From Lama guanicoe (lineage: Eukaryota), in NCBI GenBank assembly GCA_013239625.1, contig MU056050.1, positions 6,897,838-6,961,837 of the forward strand: a stretch of 64,000 nucleotides of DNA, in the 5' to 3' direction. Numbering within the stretch: the stretch's first letter is position 1; each line of letters opens with the position of its first letter. A model generated the notes under the pieces. That model ran no database searches, was not told the DNA's origin, and was given only the letters and a program-made list of their open reading frames with translations. The translations under genes and the position numbers were made by a program. Below are positions 1 to 14,153 of this stretch, piece after piece.

Positions 1-573
1 TCTGACAAAAGTCCACACTGGGCAGGAGTGAGGGTATCCAGTCAAGGGAGAGGTACTTGAGACAACAAAGGAAGTAAGGTACCAATGAAGTAGGGGAAGC
101 ACAAAGAGACCTACAAGGCCCTTAGAAGAGCAGAAGTGGAAGCTTTCAGTTCTGTATGAGGCTAATGAGCATGTGAGCACTGACGATATTCCTAGCATCT
201 CTGACAAACATGAAGTCTCTCAAAGTGACTGCTTTGAAGTGGATATTACTCATGTGTTTACATGTATTTATTTGATAAATATTTTGGAAACATTTAAAAT
301 TTTATGGGCAACTTCTGAAAGACTCAGAAGAATAATTTCCCTGACAAATCTATTCTAATTTCATTAGTCCAACTGTTCTTAACTTTTTTGTTCCAGTAAT
401 TTCATGTGTTATTATGCTGGAAAACAGTACTGGGTAATATCCCATAGTTCCCTGTTGCTAGATTCTTTTAGGTCCTTGATGTGACAAACTGGCTACTAAT
501 ATGACAACTTTGTTTTCAAAAACCAAGTATCTTGAATGGCAGTTTTTGGTTGTAGTGTACATGTTTAACTCAC

Positions 574-714
574 CTCACCATATGATTTATAAAGGCTTTG
601 TTACAGTTAGTGTTGTATTTGCAAAAATTACAGTGGATATATATTGAAAAGTGGCTTGCAAAATCTTTTATTTTGGAATGACACTCAATGCACTTGTGAA
701 CTCCCCGACGACAC
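574..714 (-). CDS. ZNF280C: ZNF280C exon 15 (141 nt, phase 2/2), C-terminal zinc-finger region
   Basis: ccatag|GTGTCGT...ATGGTGAG|gtgagt; (R)CRRGVHKCIECHSKIKDFASHFSIYIHCNFCKYNTNCNKAFINHMV. Confidence 0.93.
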
Positions 715-1175
715 CTATGGAGACAGAAAAAAATGATAAAAATACATTGTAAAACAAAGAAATAAGGTAAAGCCTCATTAATGTTTTATTAATTGAAGCC
801 AAGGTATTTCAATTAAATCTTTAAAGAGACTTATAATTTTGAAATTTGCTTTGAAACAACAAGCTAGAATAAGTGCAAAAAAGTCACCAGTTAATGTTTC
901 CTTGGAATAAAAAGGATCACATTAACCAATTCAACGATCACAAAATATAAGCTCAAAATGTAAGATTAGTGTAAAAGACAATTATACAATAAACACAGTA
1001 ATTCAAGTTCTATTCAGCAGTTGTAAAAAGTACCTTTTGATTATCTTCTTGGCCTTTATGCTAGATAAGTGACTATTATGTAAATGTGCAGGGGAGTTCT
1101 AGTGATATGGTAAGCTACATTAAAATAACCTTTAATATTTAATTAGCATTGTATATCAGGAATAAAACATATTAC

Positions 1176-1486
1176 CTTAAATTCTTCAAAGCTATGCTGA
1201 TTTTATTCTTTCTGTTGCGCTGTTTCTTTTGCTTGTAAGAGGCTTTTGCTTTGTATTTAGGTATAGCTCTACCTTGCTTACTTGGATTAGCCTTATTCGC
1301 AGTGGATGTAGTTGCACAAAGCTTTCCTGTCTTAGATTTACTTGCATTAGATTTTGCAGGACTTTTAGCAGTTGTACTTTTGGACTTTGGAGGTGAGACC
1401 TGAAGAAAAGAAGTGCTTGGAGTACTCCTGGGAGATGTAGTTGATGGCCTTGAATGAAGAGGTCCAATTGAAGCTCGAATAGTAAC
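1176..1486 (-). CDS. ZNF280C: ZNF280C exon 14 (311 nt), S/T/K-rich linker with basic NLS-like stretch
   Basis: ttttatag|GTTACTATT...TTAAG|gtaata; VTIRASIGPLHSRPSTTSP...KAKASYKQKKQRNRKNKISIALKNL. Confidence 0.93.
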
Positions 1487-1569
1487 CTATAAAAATGAAG
1501 GAAACGTATCATTTTAGAAAATTAATCATCATCCTAATATTTAAAAAAAATCACACATTATGCAAGTCA

Positions 1570-3068
1570 TAACTGGTTTTTGACAAGGATGCCCAGACAA
1601 TTCAGTGAAGGAAACAACAGTTTTATAGTTTTATCAACAAATGATGCTGGGACATTTGGATATCTACATGCCAAAGGATGAATTTGGACCCCTATCTCAT
1701 ACTAGATACAAAAATTAACTCAAAACGTATCAAAGACCAGATTGTAAGAGCTAAAACTATATAAAACTCTTAGAAGAAAACATAGGAGTAAATTTTCATG
1801 ACCTTGGGTTAGGCAATGATTGCTTAAATATGATACTGAAAGCACAAGCAACCAAAGAAAGAATAAATGGACTTGATAAAAATTAAAACTTTTATGAAGA
1901 AGAATATACATATATAAGTGAATCACTATGCTGTACATCAGAAACACAATATTGCAAATCAACTGTACTTCAATAAAAAAATTAAAACTTTTGTGCCTCA
2001 AAGGACACTATTAAGAAAGTGAAAAGGAAACCACAGATTGAAAGAAAATATTTGCAAATTATATCTCTAATAAGGGACTTGTATATAGAATATTCTTACA
2101 ACTCAATAAAAAGACAAATAACCCAATTAACAAATGGGCAAATGATCCAAATAGGCATTTCCTCAAAGATATACAAATGGCCAATAAGCACACGAAAAGA
2201 TGTTCAACATCAGTAGTCATTAAGGAAATGCAAATCAAGACTACAATAAGATATTACTTCAGACCAACTAGAATGGCTATAATAAGAGATAGTAGCATGT
2301 GCTGACAGGATATGGAGAAATTGCAGCCTTCATATATTGCTGGTGGGGATGCACAATGGTGCAGTAGCTTTGGAAAACAGTCTGGCAGTTCTTCAAAATG
2401 TTAAACATAAGAGTTATCATATAACCCTAGGTGTTCCACTCTTAATGACTCCACTCAAGAGAAATGTCCACACAAAAACTTGTACATGAATTTTCATGAA
2501 AGCATTATTCACAATAGACAAAAAGTGGAAAACAACCCAAATGCTCATCAAGTGATGGATAAATAAAATATTGTATATCCATACAACAGAATAATATTCA
2601 TCCATAAAAAAGAATAAAGTACTAATACATAAGCACTGATACAGCCTTAAAAAGGGATGAAGTACCGACACAAGCTACGATATGGATGAACCTCAAAACA
2701 TTACACTAAGTGAAAGAAACCATTCATAAAACCACATACTGCATGATTCCATTTATATAAAATGTCCAGAACAGGAAAATCCGTAGGGTCAGAAAGTAGA
2801 TTAAAATTTGCCTGTCGCTGGTAGAGGGGAAATTAGCAGTGACTGTCAATGGATGTGGGGTTTCTTTAGGGGGTGATAAAATGTTCTAAAATAGATTATA
2901 GTGATGTTGTCACAGCTCCATGAATATGCTAAAAACCATTGCATATTTGTATTGTCTATTTTAAAGTCCTTATTTATTTATTATTGTATTTATTTACTGT
3001 ATTTAAAGTATTGAATACTTTAAATGGGTGAATTGTATGATATGAATTATATCTCAATAAAGCTGTTA
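1570..3068 (+). mobile_element. L1 (L1MB-like) 3' ORF2/3'UTR fragment
   Basis: Typical L1 3' motifs, ending in aatgggtgaattgtatgatatgaattatatctcaataaagctgtt. Confidence 0.85.
1897..1979 (+). mobile_element. Short younger L1 3' end nested in older L1
   Basis: gaatcactatgctgtacatcagaaacacaatattgcaaatcaactgtacttcaataaaaaa; TSD aattaaaactttt(a/g)tg at 1881 and 1980. Confidence 0.75.
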
Positions 3069-3819
3069 CCAAAAAATGTACTGCAATTCAAAAAGTTAAA
3101 CATCAAAGGATAAACTAAAATGTCTCCCATTTATTCTAAATGGTTGTACCAATTAAATGAAATTCATCTCAATATTCACTTACTTTTGTAGTATTAGTTT
3201 TGTATTGATAGTATTTATATGTTAACACAGATATTAATGGATAATTAGAAATTAGTGCAAATTTTGTGAGTATCAAAATAGCACATTCCACAGCTATTTT
3301 ATGCTCTGATACAACTAAATAGCTTTTGCAAATATAGAGGTTAAAATTTAAATCTCAAATCCTGAAATAACTCTGGAAAGGCCTGCATCACTCCTTGGTA
3401 ACTATAAAACAGATCTCCAGAATCACTATGTTCTATACCTGAAACTTATAAAATATTGCACATCAACTATATACCCAATTAACAGCCCCCCTACCAAAGG
3501 CAGATCTCCAGTAAATGTGACCTGCTCTCTCTGGGGTTTCATTGGGTAGGATATATGGTTCCAAAGGCTATTATGGAGGTTTTATCAACTCATCATACAG
3601 CATGGAGAGTTTAATAATATTCAGAATTTTCTTAAAGGGAGCCAATGTAAAAATTATCATTTAATATTCAGAAAAAGAAAATGTTCGCTTATAGTCATGG
3701 TTAATAATGAAAAACACAGTTGCTGAACATTTAAAAAAATCATTTCACTACCGTCATTAGCTTAAGGAGCAGCCAAGGAGAAAGTCCTGTGAAATACATG
3801 TGGTTTGATATCATACAAA

Positions 3820-4030
3820 AAGCACTGAATTAGGAGTCAAAAGACCTGAGGTTAAATTTCAACACTATCACTTCCTAGCCATGTGACCTTGAGTAAGTAA
3901 CATCCTCTCAGCCTCTTCATCTGTAATATGGGAATAATACCTGCTTTGTCTACCTCACTGATTTGCTACAGGGATTAAATAATAGAATATATGAAAAAGT
4001 ACACTGAAAGCTTAATTCTAAAGTGCTAAC
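3820..4030 (+). mobile_element. MIR SINE
   Basis: Core ggagtcaaaagacctg...gtgaccttgagtaagtaac...catctgtaatatgggaataata. Confidence 0.75.
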
Positions 4031-4932
4031 AAGACACTTGGTATTATTTATTAATAATATTATGATAATGTAATATACTAATTATTACTATTATTATTAA
4101 TAAGAGAAGATATGACAGAGGATTGCACTGCTTATATGAGTATTCTGCATGTCTTGTTTCAGCATGGAATGAATGGATTACAGAGAAGGATAAGGATGTT
4201 GGATAGTTCTCTTGCTCTAGAGCTTCAGAGCATCGCTTTATATTATTTTAAATAGCTCAAACAGCTTTAATTAACTCACATTCAAGGTAAGTACTCAACG
4301 CCAAATATAAACGTTTGGGAATTAATTCACTTTGGATTATGCATCCCTCCACTGGAGCAGATAGTCAAAAGCTGACTTTACATACAGAAGTTAGAGAAAA
4401 CAGATGTACATAAGGTAAAAAGGGAAAATGAAATTTGTAGTCAGATGTGTGTTTGCTCACTTAACATAGCAATGCTAATCAGGAGAACTTGCTTCCCTCT
4501 AAGAGTACTCAGTAATACCAACTTCAACAAACTATGGCATTCATGGTATTATGAAAGATGCTGGGGACACAAAAATAAATTAAACATGATTCCTGACGTT
4601 ATAGTTTAGCAGCTAAAGCAGACATATATGCTGCCAACTGGAATAGCTCACAGACAAAAGAACATTCAAACAACCCATTGACTCAGTCTACAGTTAATCT
4701 AGTTGCACTCACTACAAAGGTACATGCTCCAATATAGCACATGTCAATCAACTCAAAAAACAACGGCTAGAAAAATTTCTTTCCTTTTGTTTATAAGAAT
4801 GATAAAACCTAAAATTAAAATTTTAATGACAACCAGAGGACAATTTTTAATGTTATATTGAGGAGATAAAACCAGGCAGGGATTTATTTCTATTATCATA
4901 CAACATTAAAATACAACATATTTAAAACTCAC

Positions 4933-5064
4933 TTTTGTACCAGGAGGCAATCCTTCTAACTCTTTAGGCTTTATAAATGTCCGATGCTGGGTCTTATGAT
5001 CCAGTTTCTCTTTGCAGGTCAAAAACTGTAGTCTGCATTTTGTACAACGATGAACCCCTTTTTT
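4933..5064 (-). CDS. ZNF280C: ZNF280C exon 13 (132 nt)
   Basis: aaacag|AAAAAAGGG...ACAAAA|gtgagt; [44 protein letters not shown]. Confidence 0.95.
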
Positions 5065-5539
5065 CTGTTTCAAAAAATATTAGAAGTAATATTAGAAATA
5101 ACAATTTCTACAACCACAAATCCTGGGACCTAAAATTGCTCTTAATTCTAATAGCTTGATAATTTTAAAACCAAAATGTTACCATATCCTATCATAAATA
5201 ATACCAAAAGATTTCATTTTAAAAGCATTTCTTGCATTATATTTGGGTTTCAAAAGTATTTGTTATTATACAGCAATCAATATGAAAATTATACCATTTA
5301 AGTCCTATACCATTTCTACTGTGAAAGTTTTTTAATTATAAATTTGAAGTATAAACTATTCAAAATACATGATACTGTGAAAATGAGCTATTTTCATCCT
5401 TGGAAAGATCAAATTCTTTTCATTTTTTATTATGTCCATTTGTTTCACAAGTTGGTAAAATAAGTTGAACTTTCTAATACCAAACAAATTTAACCAGACA
5501 CTCCCAAGAAAGTTATGTTATAGAAATTGTTGTATAAAG

Positions 5540-5745
5540 CAGTGTTTGTCTAACAGAAATTTAAACAGTGATGATAATGTTCTATAGCTGCAGTATCCAA
5601 TATAGTATCCACTAGCCACATGTGGTTATTGAGCACTTAAAATGTGGCAAATGCAACAGCAAAATTGATTTTTTTAATTTTGACTTTAATTAGTTTAAAT
5701 TTAAATAGACACATGTGGCTAGTGACTATGATATTTGACAGCATG
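5540..5745 (+). mobile_element. MER3-like hAT-Charlie MITE
   Basis: Inverted cactagccacatgtgg ... cacatgtggctagtg structure matching the MER3 consensus. Confidence 0.8.
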
Positions 5746-6467
5746 TTATAGAAATATAAATAAGAACTGATTCCCCCCCAAAAAGAACTGATCCCAATCT
5801 ACTGTTTGAGAACCCCTTAAATATGTTTCTTCTCAAACTCAGTCCTATTATTATTTTACCAATAGGAAACAGGACCCAAGAGAGATCTAAGTAACTTCCT
5901 CATAGCTAGTTAGTGTTCTTTCTACTACATATTAGCAGTTGCATATGTCTATGCCCTCATCAAATAAAAGATATATTTTACATTTATATATCAATTTAGA
6001 ACAACATACAGATACCAAAAAAAAGAATGTTTTGTCTAAAGCTGTATCTCTACAGGTTCATCATTATTTCCATTTAAAACACAAATAACCATTTAGGAAA
6101 ATCAAATGAGGTAACGCATATGAAGGTACCTAGCCATTACTGGTGTACAGCAGGGATTTGATAAATAAAAATTCTTTACAAAGTTCAAATCAATATATAA
6201 ATATAATGTATTTGTATTGCTATTTTAGTTTCATCTTAAGGCTATTTTAGAAGTATGGTGCATTGGATCATATCGTAGGTACAGGCAACATAAACAGATT
6301 CATCTATATATACTCGAGACGTAAAGGGGAAAAAAAAATCTCAGTCAAGAAACAGCAAGATTAACATGACAGAAAGTTCCTCAGATATAATTTCCAGAAA
6401 ACTTTTCTCTACCTGTACCTATATCCCACCCAGTTTCATGATTTTAAATAGCTTTCATCTAACTGCC

Positions 6468-7031
6468 TGTGTCAGTAGTCTCAAGACTACTCCCTGGTTT
6501 AATGATTCAGCAGAAGGACTTACAGGGCTAAAACGTTAGACTCGCAGCTATGATTTATTACAGTGACAGGATACAGAAGAGGATTAATAAAAGAAGAAAG
6601 TGCATTGGGTGAAGTCCGGAGGATGCCCGCATCAGTTTCCAAGTGCCCTCTCTCAATGGAATTGCATAGGACATGTTTATCAATTCCCCCAGTGACTAAC
6701 TGCAGCAACATATATGAAGTTTTTTTGCTTTGTTTTGTTTTTTGCCAAGGAAGCTCTCTTGAGTCTAAGAGCCCAGTTTTTCTTTTATGGAGTTCAGTCA
6801 CCAAATCTTCAGACTCCCAGAAGGAGTTCACCATAATCATATTTTTGTCCAAATGATCTAGAAAAGCTGGTACAACATGGCTCACGGTTCCACACATGTA
6901 AAACACTCATTAGTTAGTAACAAAGGCTCAGTTTCCAGGAGTTAGCCAAGGGCTAGTTATGCACGTAGATTCTTCTGACAATGTGCATGATTTGAGCAAC
7001 TCAGACCTGCTAGGTTAATGCCTTCCTATAT
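6468..7031. mobile_element. ERVL-type solo LTR (MER77/MER68/MER21 group)
   Basis: caagactactccc...gatttattacagtgacaggataca...gaagtccggagg...; subfamily uncertain. Confidence 0.65.
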
Positions 7032-8716
7032 ATGTGGCAAGTTAAGACACAACTCAGGGTATGAAGTGTGACTACAGATCAGATAAACCACTTAAGAGAC
7101 ACAGTCCACGTAGCAGGCCTATCTGTCTCTTTCTTACTTTTCTAAGCATCTATTACTCCCTCCATATTTACAACTCACTTTGGAGCTTAGTAAAGCACAA
7201 GAAAAAGAATTATTTTAATAGTGTCATAATAAAATTGACAGAGCTACTACTTTATATCTCATTCTTTCTTTCAAGACCAAAGGTCAAAAGATGAAATACA
7301 GAGCACCAAGACCAGTGTTTCACAAACTCTATTCTTCAAAAAATATTAATATTTATTGTGCAAGTAAAGGATTCAATGGTCAAATAAGTTTTGGAAACAA
7401 TATATACAATATCTCTTGTTTGGAGATTTATGATCTTTTAAGCATTTATTTTAGCATGTTAAAAGCTCTGAAAAGTCCTATTTTGAAAACATAAACAAAA
7501 AAACTATTCATTTTGTAAGTCTAGCCATTCACTGAATTTCTTTTTCCAGGAACAATTTTAGAGCAGAACATCTGTTTAACATCTGATGAAACACTGTTGG
7601 GGAAACCCTAGAACAGAAGGATTTTGACACAGGTTCTTCAGGATGAGGTAGCATTCTAGGATAAAAAAATAAGTATGTTGGTACCATTTCACCCCCATCC
7701 ATGGGTGATGCTGAATGTATCTGGATATTCTACTTCTATGATTTTTTCCAATTAGCAACTATAAGCTGATTTCATGAGTATCTAACGACTGAACTGAAAG
7801 CAATGATAGCACAAGTGCTGAATAAATTGGATGATAATTCATTCAATAATAAGAAAATGTAATGAATGGGCTGATGAGTGAGGAGACAAAACTTGATTAC
7901 ATAATCAGATTCAGTAAATTAATTGACTTCTGATTTTGGCAAAGGTATTGCTCTTTCGAACACTCAAGAATAGGTTTCTTGTTTTGTCAAACTTTTCAGC
8001 TCAAATAAAGGATGATCTAATTGTGCAGAAAAAGAATCAGCAAGCACAATATGAAAATTCAAGGGAAAAGTCCAACCACTAATACTGACATCCCAGAAAT
8101 TACATAGCAGAACTGGCAAAAGTCATCCAGGAAACAATTTATAACGTAAATACAGTTCTCTAGCTTAGTTCACACATCTAGAAATATGTGTCATTGCTGT
8201 TTCCTTTGTCACTGGCTGCTACAAGAGACCATCCTGGGTTACTGATGACAATCACATGTCTTCTTATAATAAAAAGTGGGCTAGAAAGTGTAAATCATGT
8301 TTGAAGAGAAAGAGAAAAACAGAAGATTGTGAATCCTCAATCTTATCTTCCTCAGTTCAAACTTATCCTTTTCTCTGCTCTTGATTTTAAGATCATTCCC
8401 ATTCTCACCACTCTTAGATTCCTGAAATAGCTAATGTAAATATTCCACTCATCTTTCTTTTTTCCCACCACTCTAGGCTTCCTATTTCTACCTGTCTTTC
8501 AAAATTTTCACTATTCATGAGCCTCATTATCACCAGGAAGTAGACAAGAGAAAGAAGTGGAAGTTTCACAAATACTTCAGCATAAATTATAAATTAAATG
8601 TGTCATTTGGAACGACTATGCTTTTCTTCTAGAACAAATTTAACCAAAGTTCTAAGTTTTATATATATACTTTTTCAATAAAACAAAATGAACAAGTAAG
8701 AACTGCTAAATCTCAC

Positions 8717-8863
8717 CTGATGCTTCATGTAATGATTCATGTAGGGGGTTGCCATTTTACTAACTTTGAGGCAAAACGGACATAGCAAGTTCTTAGTATT
8801 TTCATGGGATGCTCTGAAGTGAGCTTCTACATCAGAAAATATGGATGATCTAAACTGGCAAAC
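8717..8863 (-). CDS. ZNF280C: ZNF280C exon 12 (147 nt)
   Basis: ttctag|GTTTGC...CATCAG|gtgaga; VCQFRSSIFSDVEAHFRASHENTKNLLCPFCLKVSKMATPYMNHYMKHQ. Confidence 0.95.
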
Positions 8864-9642
8864 CTAGAAATATAAAGAAGATTTAGTTTATCTTGAAAAT
8901 TTATAACCGACATCCAATTACATCCCAGTAGTAATGATGAGTCATTTGTTTAGAGGAACATTACGTACTCATTCAGCTTCATTGCTTATACAACTAAAGA
9001 TCCTATTCACGCAAGTAAAAAATAATCTTTGAAACAGCAAAGTTGTCTTTTAGAGTTTAGGGATCTATTCCTAAACATAAGTGGATTCCTTTCTTCTTTT
9101 CAGATCTACTACCCCCCATCTTGGCTTGAATTTCCAAACTCTGACACCTCTTGACCTGTAAAGTTTTTCCCGCTACATAAAATGGATTATTCTCTTCTTT
9201 GGATTTTAAATAGCATCCAGGCTATAACAGAGGCAATTTTTCTTTATCTTGCTATCTTACTGGGAACCACTTCAAATTCTGGAAAAAATATCACCCCCAA
9301 AGCCTTTAGCTGAGCTCCCCATAACTAACAGTATTTCCTATTTCACTGGCATGCTTCTATTCTTCCCTACATGGTAAGAAAATCCATGTTTGTTTGCCTT
9401 TATCCAAGAGGGCTTTTTGTTTGTCTAGTACAGAGGTCAGCAATCTATGGCCCATAGGCCAAATCCAATCCACCACCCCTACATACTCCAGTTAAACCAA
9501 GGGAGTTTCCACTATTGAAGACGGTCTTTATTTTAGTAATTTGTTTTTATTTAAATGGTTAAAAAAAGCAAAAGAACAATACTATTTCATGGCACATGAA
9601 AATTAAAAAAACACCAGAATACGCAATAAAATGTGCATGTAC

Positions 9643-9743
9643 CTGGCAAATATATGGCATTTCTCCAGGTTTATGAGTGTCCTTCATGTGTTGTAAAAGA
9701 GTATGCTCTGTTTCAAATGATAGCTCACAGATTTTACAAATAG
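9643..9743 (-). CDS. ZNF280C: ZNF280C exon 11 (101 nt)
   Basis: tttcag|CTATTTGT...TGCCAG|gtacat; [34 protein letters not shown] (within ORF 9559..9765). Confidence 0.95.
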
Positions 9744-9889
9744 CTGAAAATGGAAAAAAAAACACATTACACTATTTTAAGGATGTATATAAATCAGAGA
9801 TTCAACTTGTACATCCATAACAACAGCAACAAGAAGTAATAATAATAAAGCAGTAGTGATGGTGGCTCCAACAACTCTATAGTTGTTAA

Positions 9890-10110
9890 CTTTGTAATGC
9901 TGTTCTAAGGACTTTACTTATATTAGCTTGTTTCATTCTCATACTATCACTGAGAGTGGTACTGCTAATTTTATCCCCATTTTTCAGATGAGGAACCTGA
10001 GACACAGTAAGATTAAGTAACTTGCATGACATCTCATAACTGTATTAAAAGAGGCAGAGCTGGGATTTGAATATAAGCTGTCTGACTCCAGAGTCTGTGA
10101 TTTTAACTAT
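9890..10110 (-). mobile_element. MIR SINE
   Basis: ccccatttttcagatgaggaacctgagacacag...gggatttgaa...tctgactccagag. Confidence 0.8.
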
Positions 10111-10437
10111 CATTGCAGTTACTTTTCTTATTAGAGTGTAAAATAAGACCACTGAATTCATATTTGCAAATCAGGGAATTCGAGTTTTCTAATTTAGCCC
10201 CCTACATATGATACATGAGTTATGTCAAGGAAGTTTTGATTTACAAGAGGGACTTCAATTTTAGTAAGTTACTTTATTGAAAAGTTAATACAAGTTAAAA
10301 CATGTTTTTCAGTTTTGCCCCCAAATTACAAAGTCTATTTCTTATTCTTATTTTTCTATCAGGTTTTTTAAAAATCCCTTCTAGCTTAGATAATCAAAAT
10401 CACTAATGTTCAGGACTTTAATAAAGTTGTGACTTAC

Positions 10438-10595
10438 TAGAAAACTCATGGGGGGTGTGTGTACTCTCAATATGGCACTGCAGCTGGAACGGTGTGGGAT
10501 ACTGACGGTAGCAGTGCTGGCAGGTGGTGTGGCTTTCCCAGCTCTCACTGTTCTGCTTCTCAAGTTCCAAATGGTGTTTCATGTGGTTCATGAAC
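10438..10595 (-). CDS. ZNF280C: ZNF280C exon 10 (158 nt)
   Basis: ttatag|GTTCATG...TCTA|gtaagt; [52 protein letters not shown]. Confidence 0.95.
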
Positions 10596-12764
10596 CTATA
10601 AATGATTGTTAACAGGTGCGAATATTCAGATTTATAACCAAAGACAAATCTCACAAATAAGTATCTGAACTTAAATGTTAAAAATGCAGCTGTGTTACTC
10701 AAAACAACACCTCCAAAGCCTCTGGAATAACTCCTCTGGAAAAATGTGCACTTCAAATAATCACTCTCATTAAGTGGCTCAGTAAACACTTTTTTCTACA
10801 CCTTTGTTTCACAATATTCCATTAAAATAGTTAATATGAAATACCACTAAGTTGCTTCTTCACCATTATATTAGATTAAATTTTTTTTGTAAATACAGCA
10901 GGCTTCTTTTCCATAAACAAAATACTATTTACATTTTAAAACAAGATACTTAAAGGAAGGCAATTCTACCAACAAAAGTAGCTACAGAATCATGAGAAAT
11001 CTTTTGATGGTCTTGAAGTTATACAGTATGTTTCAGCTGCTTAAGAGACAAATTATTCGTATTTTTAGTTAATTTTAATACCCATAATCACAAGAATCTT
11101 TTATCTAATGATAGGAGTTTACTGTTAGCACAAACGGTTCATTTTAACTCTCACACTGTGCCTTTTGTAGCAGCATCCATTTTTTTCAGTTCTACATTCT
11201 GCTATGTTAGAATCCCTAAAAGGCTTCTTATGAGAAGGAACTATGACCTTCAATGCCAGAGAGTACAATATAACAAGGCATATCGATTTCACAGGGCTTA
11301 CTGAAATGTTTTACTGAATTTCAAAGTAAAGTTATTTAATCAAAACAACAAATTTAAGACTGAGTCCAATATTAACAGCTATTCAGTATGAGTCCCTCAA
11401 GGAAATAACCTTGAAATGGAGCAATAATGACAGCAATCATTATGGAGGTTTTAACATTTATTGTCTCACATCTCTAAAGCACTACTACTCTTTAGAGCTG
11501 CTTATGGTACACTTTGAAATATTTTTCCCTCCTTTCATTTTAACATCATATCTTTAAAATCTATGTAAGAATCCTAGTCTTGCCTAAATATTTACATATA
11601 AAGGTCATGAGCCATTAACCTTTCAGCTCACAACTTTAATAAAATCTATTTATATAAAATAATCTGTTAACTAACTACCTATCTCTCAATTATTACCCGG
11701 TCCCCATAAGCAGCTTACACTTCTCAAACCAGTAGATGGAAATGGGGGAAAAGGAAAACCCCTCACAAGGCTACTCTCAGAATGAAATAGCCCTAATTGG
11801 TTTTGGTGACACTCACTGTAGGAAAAAAAAAAATCCTATAATATGTTGACAGAGCAGAGAGGAGAAATTTTAAGTTATTAGCTTCCACTATCCTTTAAAG
11901 CCATCAATTTGCCATCCTAGATTTTACCATTACGGTAAAATATTATTTAACACACATAACAGCTTTAACCAAAGCTGTTCAGTGTTTACTGTTCTGGTTT
12001 CATTTACTAAATATTATGTCCAAAATGCTACAAATTCCTCGGTATTATAAAATAAGGCTAGTTAAAATTTCTAGATATTCTGATAATCTAGAAATCTGTA
12101 ATCAGTCTTTTGAAATGAAAACAAAAAACAAAAAAATTTCATGTTTAATATTAAATGGGCTCATCTTAAAGAAAAAGCCAAAAAGCTAATGCTGGAAGAA
12201 CTTCTGACATCATATGCATGTTTAAGTATAACAATGAATTTAACCAGTGAACCACTTTTCTATGTATTTTACCAAATTTATTAACATTATTTTCTGATAT
12301 ATTTTACTGTAAGAATGATAAAAATATGGAAGGAGGTCACAGAGTTCCATTCTAACTTTGTTTCAGTGTTACATCTCAAAGCATAATTTCTCTTCTGTTA
12401 AGACACTGGGAACATTAGCAATTGACAGCTGTTAGGGCTTGATAAAAGGAGGTAAATAAGTGTGAAAACTCATATGAATAATATACATGAAAGATCTTTG
12501 AAAACTATAAACCACTACCATAAGTGTAGCATTCATAATGTTTTAGGCTTAGAGTGTATTTCAGTGTTTTTCTATGTACTTCAATTTTGACCCAAGAATT
12601 CACCAGAAAATAAAATAAATGCTGGGTTTAGAAATGACCTACCTATAGGATGTTTAAGAATGCTAGTTACAAATAATGGTTATCAAGGGTAAATATTTTT
12701 TAAAGTTTGTATGTGCATCTGTGTTACAAAATAGGTACAGACATACATATTATATATATACACC

Positions 12765-12968
12765 TAAGGGAAGTGCACTGATGTCTGCAACTTACTCTGA
12801 AAAGTATCAAAATATCAGATGGGTCTATGGATGAACAGATATGTGGTAATTCAAGTATAGTAAAATGTTAAAGGTAGAACTGAGGTAGTAAATACATAGA
12901 GACATTCACCATAAAAATTTTCAACTTTGCTGAATATTTGAAAATTTTTATAATAAAATGTTGGAAAA
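12765..12968 (+). mobile_element. Old L1 (L1MC/ME) 3' end
   Basis: gatgtctgcaacttac...ttcaactttgctg...tttgaaaatttttataataaaatgttgg. Confidence 0.7.
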
Positions 12969-13399
12969 ACAATTTCAGGCTATATAGCCAATTAAAAAAT
13001 ACTAATCAGTATGTCTTGTTACTTTTTCTTGTTATCTCACTTAGGATGATAGATATGCAATATACCACATAACTCAAAGACTGCAAAGTACAAGTTCCTA
13101 AAATTTAAAGAATAAATTCCATTGCCAATTAAATAAATCTTCAAAATTCCATTGCCAATTAAATCTCTATTTTTAACATTTGTTAAATTATAAAATCAAA
13201 GCAGACATGTTTCATAGAACTGGTACTTCTCTAAAGATGATCAAAAAGATCATTTTCTGCACAAGGTAACTGTACCAAAAAGTTATAAATATGAATGGAA
13301 AAGTTAGAGCATTAAATACAACAAGTATGGAGGAGGTCAAATTGGATAAAGTGGTTCTTCCTGTGACAGGAAAAGTAAGATTCATAAGCAGCTAAAAAA

Positions 13400-13550
13400 T
13401 AAAAAAGAATAAAATAATGCCATTTTCAGCAACATGGATGGACCTGGAGATTGTCATTCTAAGTGAAGTGGGCTGGAAAGAGAAAGAAAAATGCTGTATG
13501 GTATCACTTATATGTAGAATCTAAAAAAGAAGGACACAAATGAACTACTT
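13400..13550 (+). mobile_element. Lineage-specific L1 3' fragment
   Basis: aataatgccattttcagcaacatggatggacctggagattgtcattctaagtgaagt. Confidence 0.75.
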
Positions 13551-14153
13551 ATTATTTATAACTTAGATGACCGATTTCTTGAATATGTGTAAGCACACTT
13601 GACTATCCTTTATGACTGGATTACTGCATTCTGTTAATTCTTATTTTGTGGTTGGCTTTATTCCTTTGATAACTATGTAAGTTTAAAAAGCTAAAGCTCT
13701 AAACTATTCTTAGAAACAATGATCAGAACATATATGTAAACTAAAAAATGTGCAGTATATTGTATATATGTATTTACATGCAATATATTGTATATGTGCA
13801 GTCAAATTGTAACAATTCTACCTAATAAAACTGAAAACTGGAAAAAAAAAGAAAAAACATCTCATAGAAAATTCCTAGTTCAATGATAAATATACAGAAA
13901 AGAATAACTTTTCCCTAGGTTAAAATAAATTTTGTCTTTTCTTAAGCTATCTGAAAGAAATGCAACTAAGTGGATCCAAGTGTCAAACTCCTAAAAATAC
14001 AAGAAAGGACAAAAGCTTTTCAACATGAAAATCTACCTTTATTCTTAGTAGAAAGAGTTAAAATCGCTTATCTAGGATGGCATAAAAAAGTACAATATTT
14101 ACATCTGTTGCATTCCTATTTTCAAACAGAAATAGAAATAAGTATTTACATAC

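Noticed and set aside
1192..1512. 106-aa minus-strand ORF as a separate gene
   Set aside because: It is an alternative frame overlapping ZNF280C exon 14; the splice-phase-consistent frame is different.
6520..6906. 128-aa and 97-aa ORFs
   Set aside because: They lie within an LTR and have no protein resemblance.
13114..13164. 21-bp direct repeat aaattccattgccaattaaat (x2)
   Set aside because: Two-copy local duplication in an AT-rich intron; not an array, and no evidence of function.
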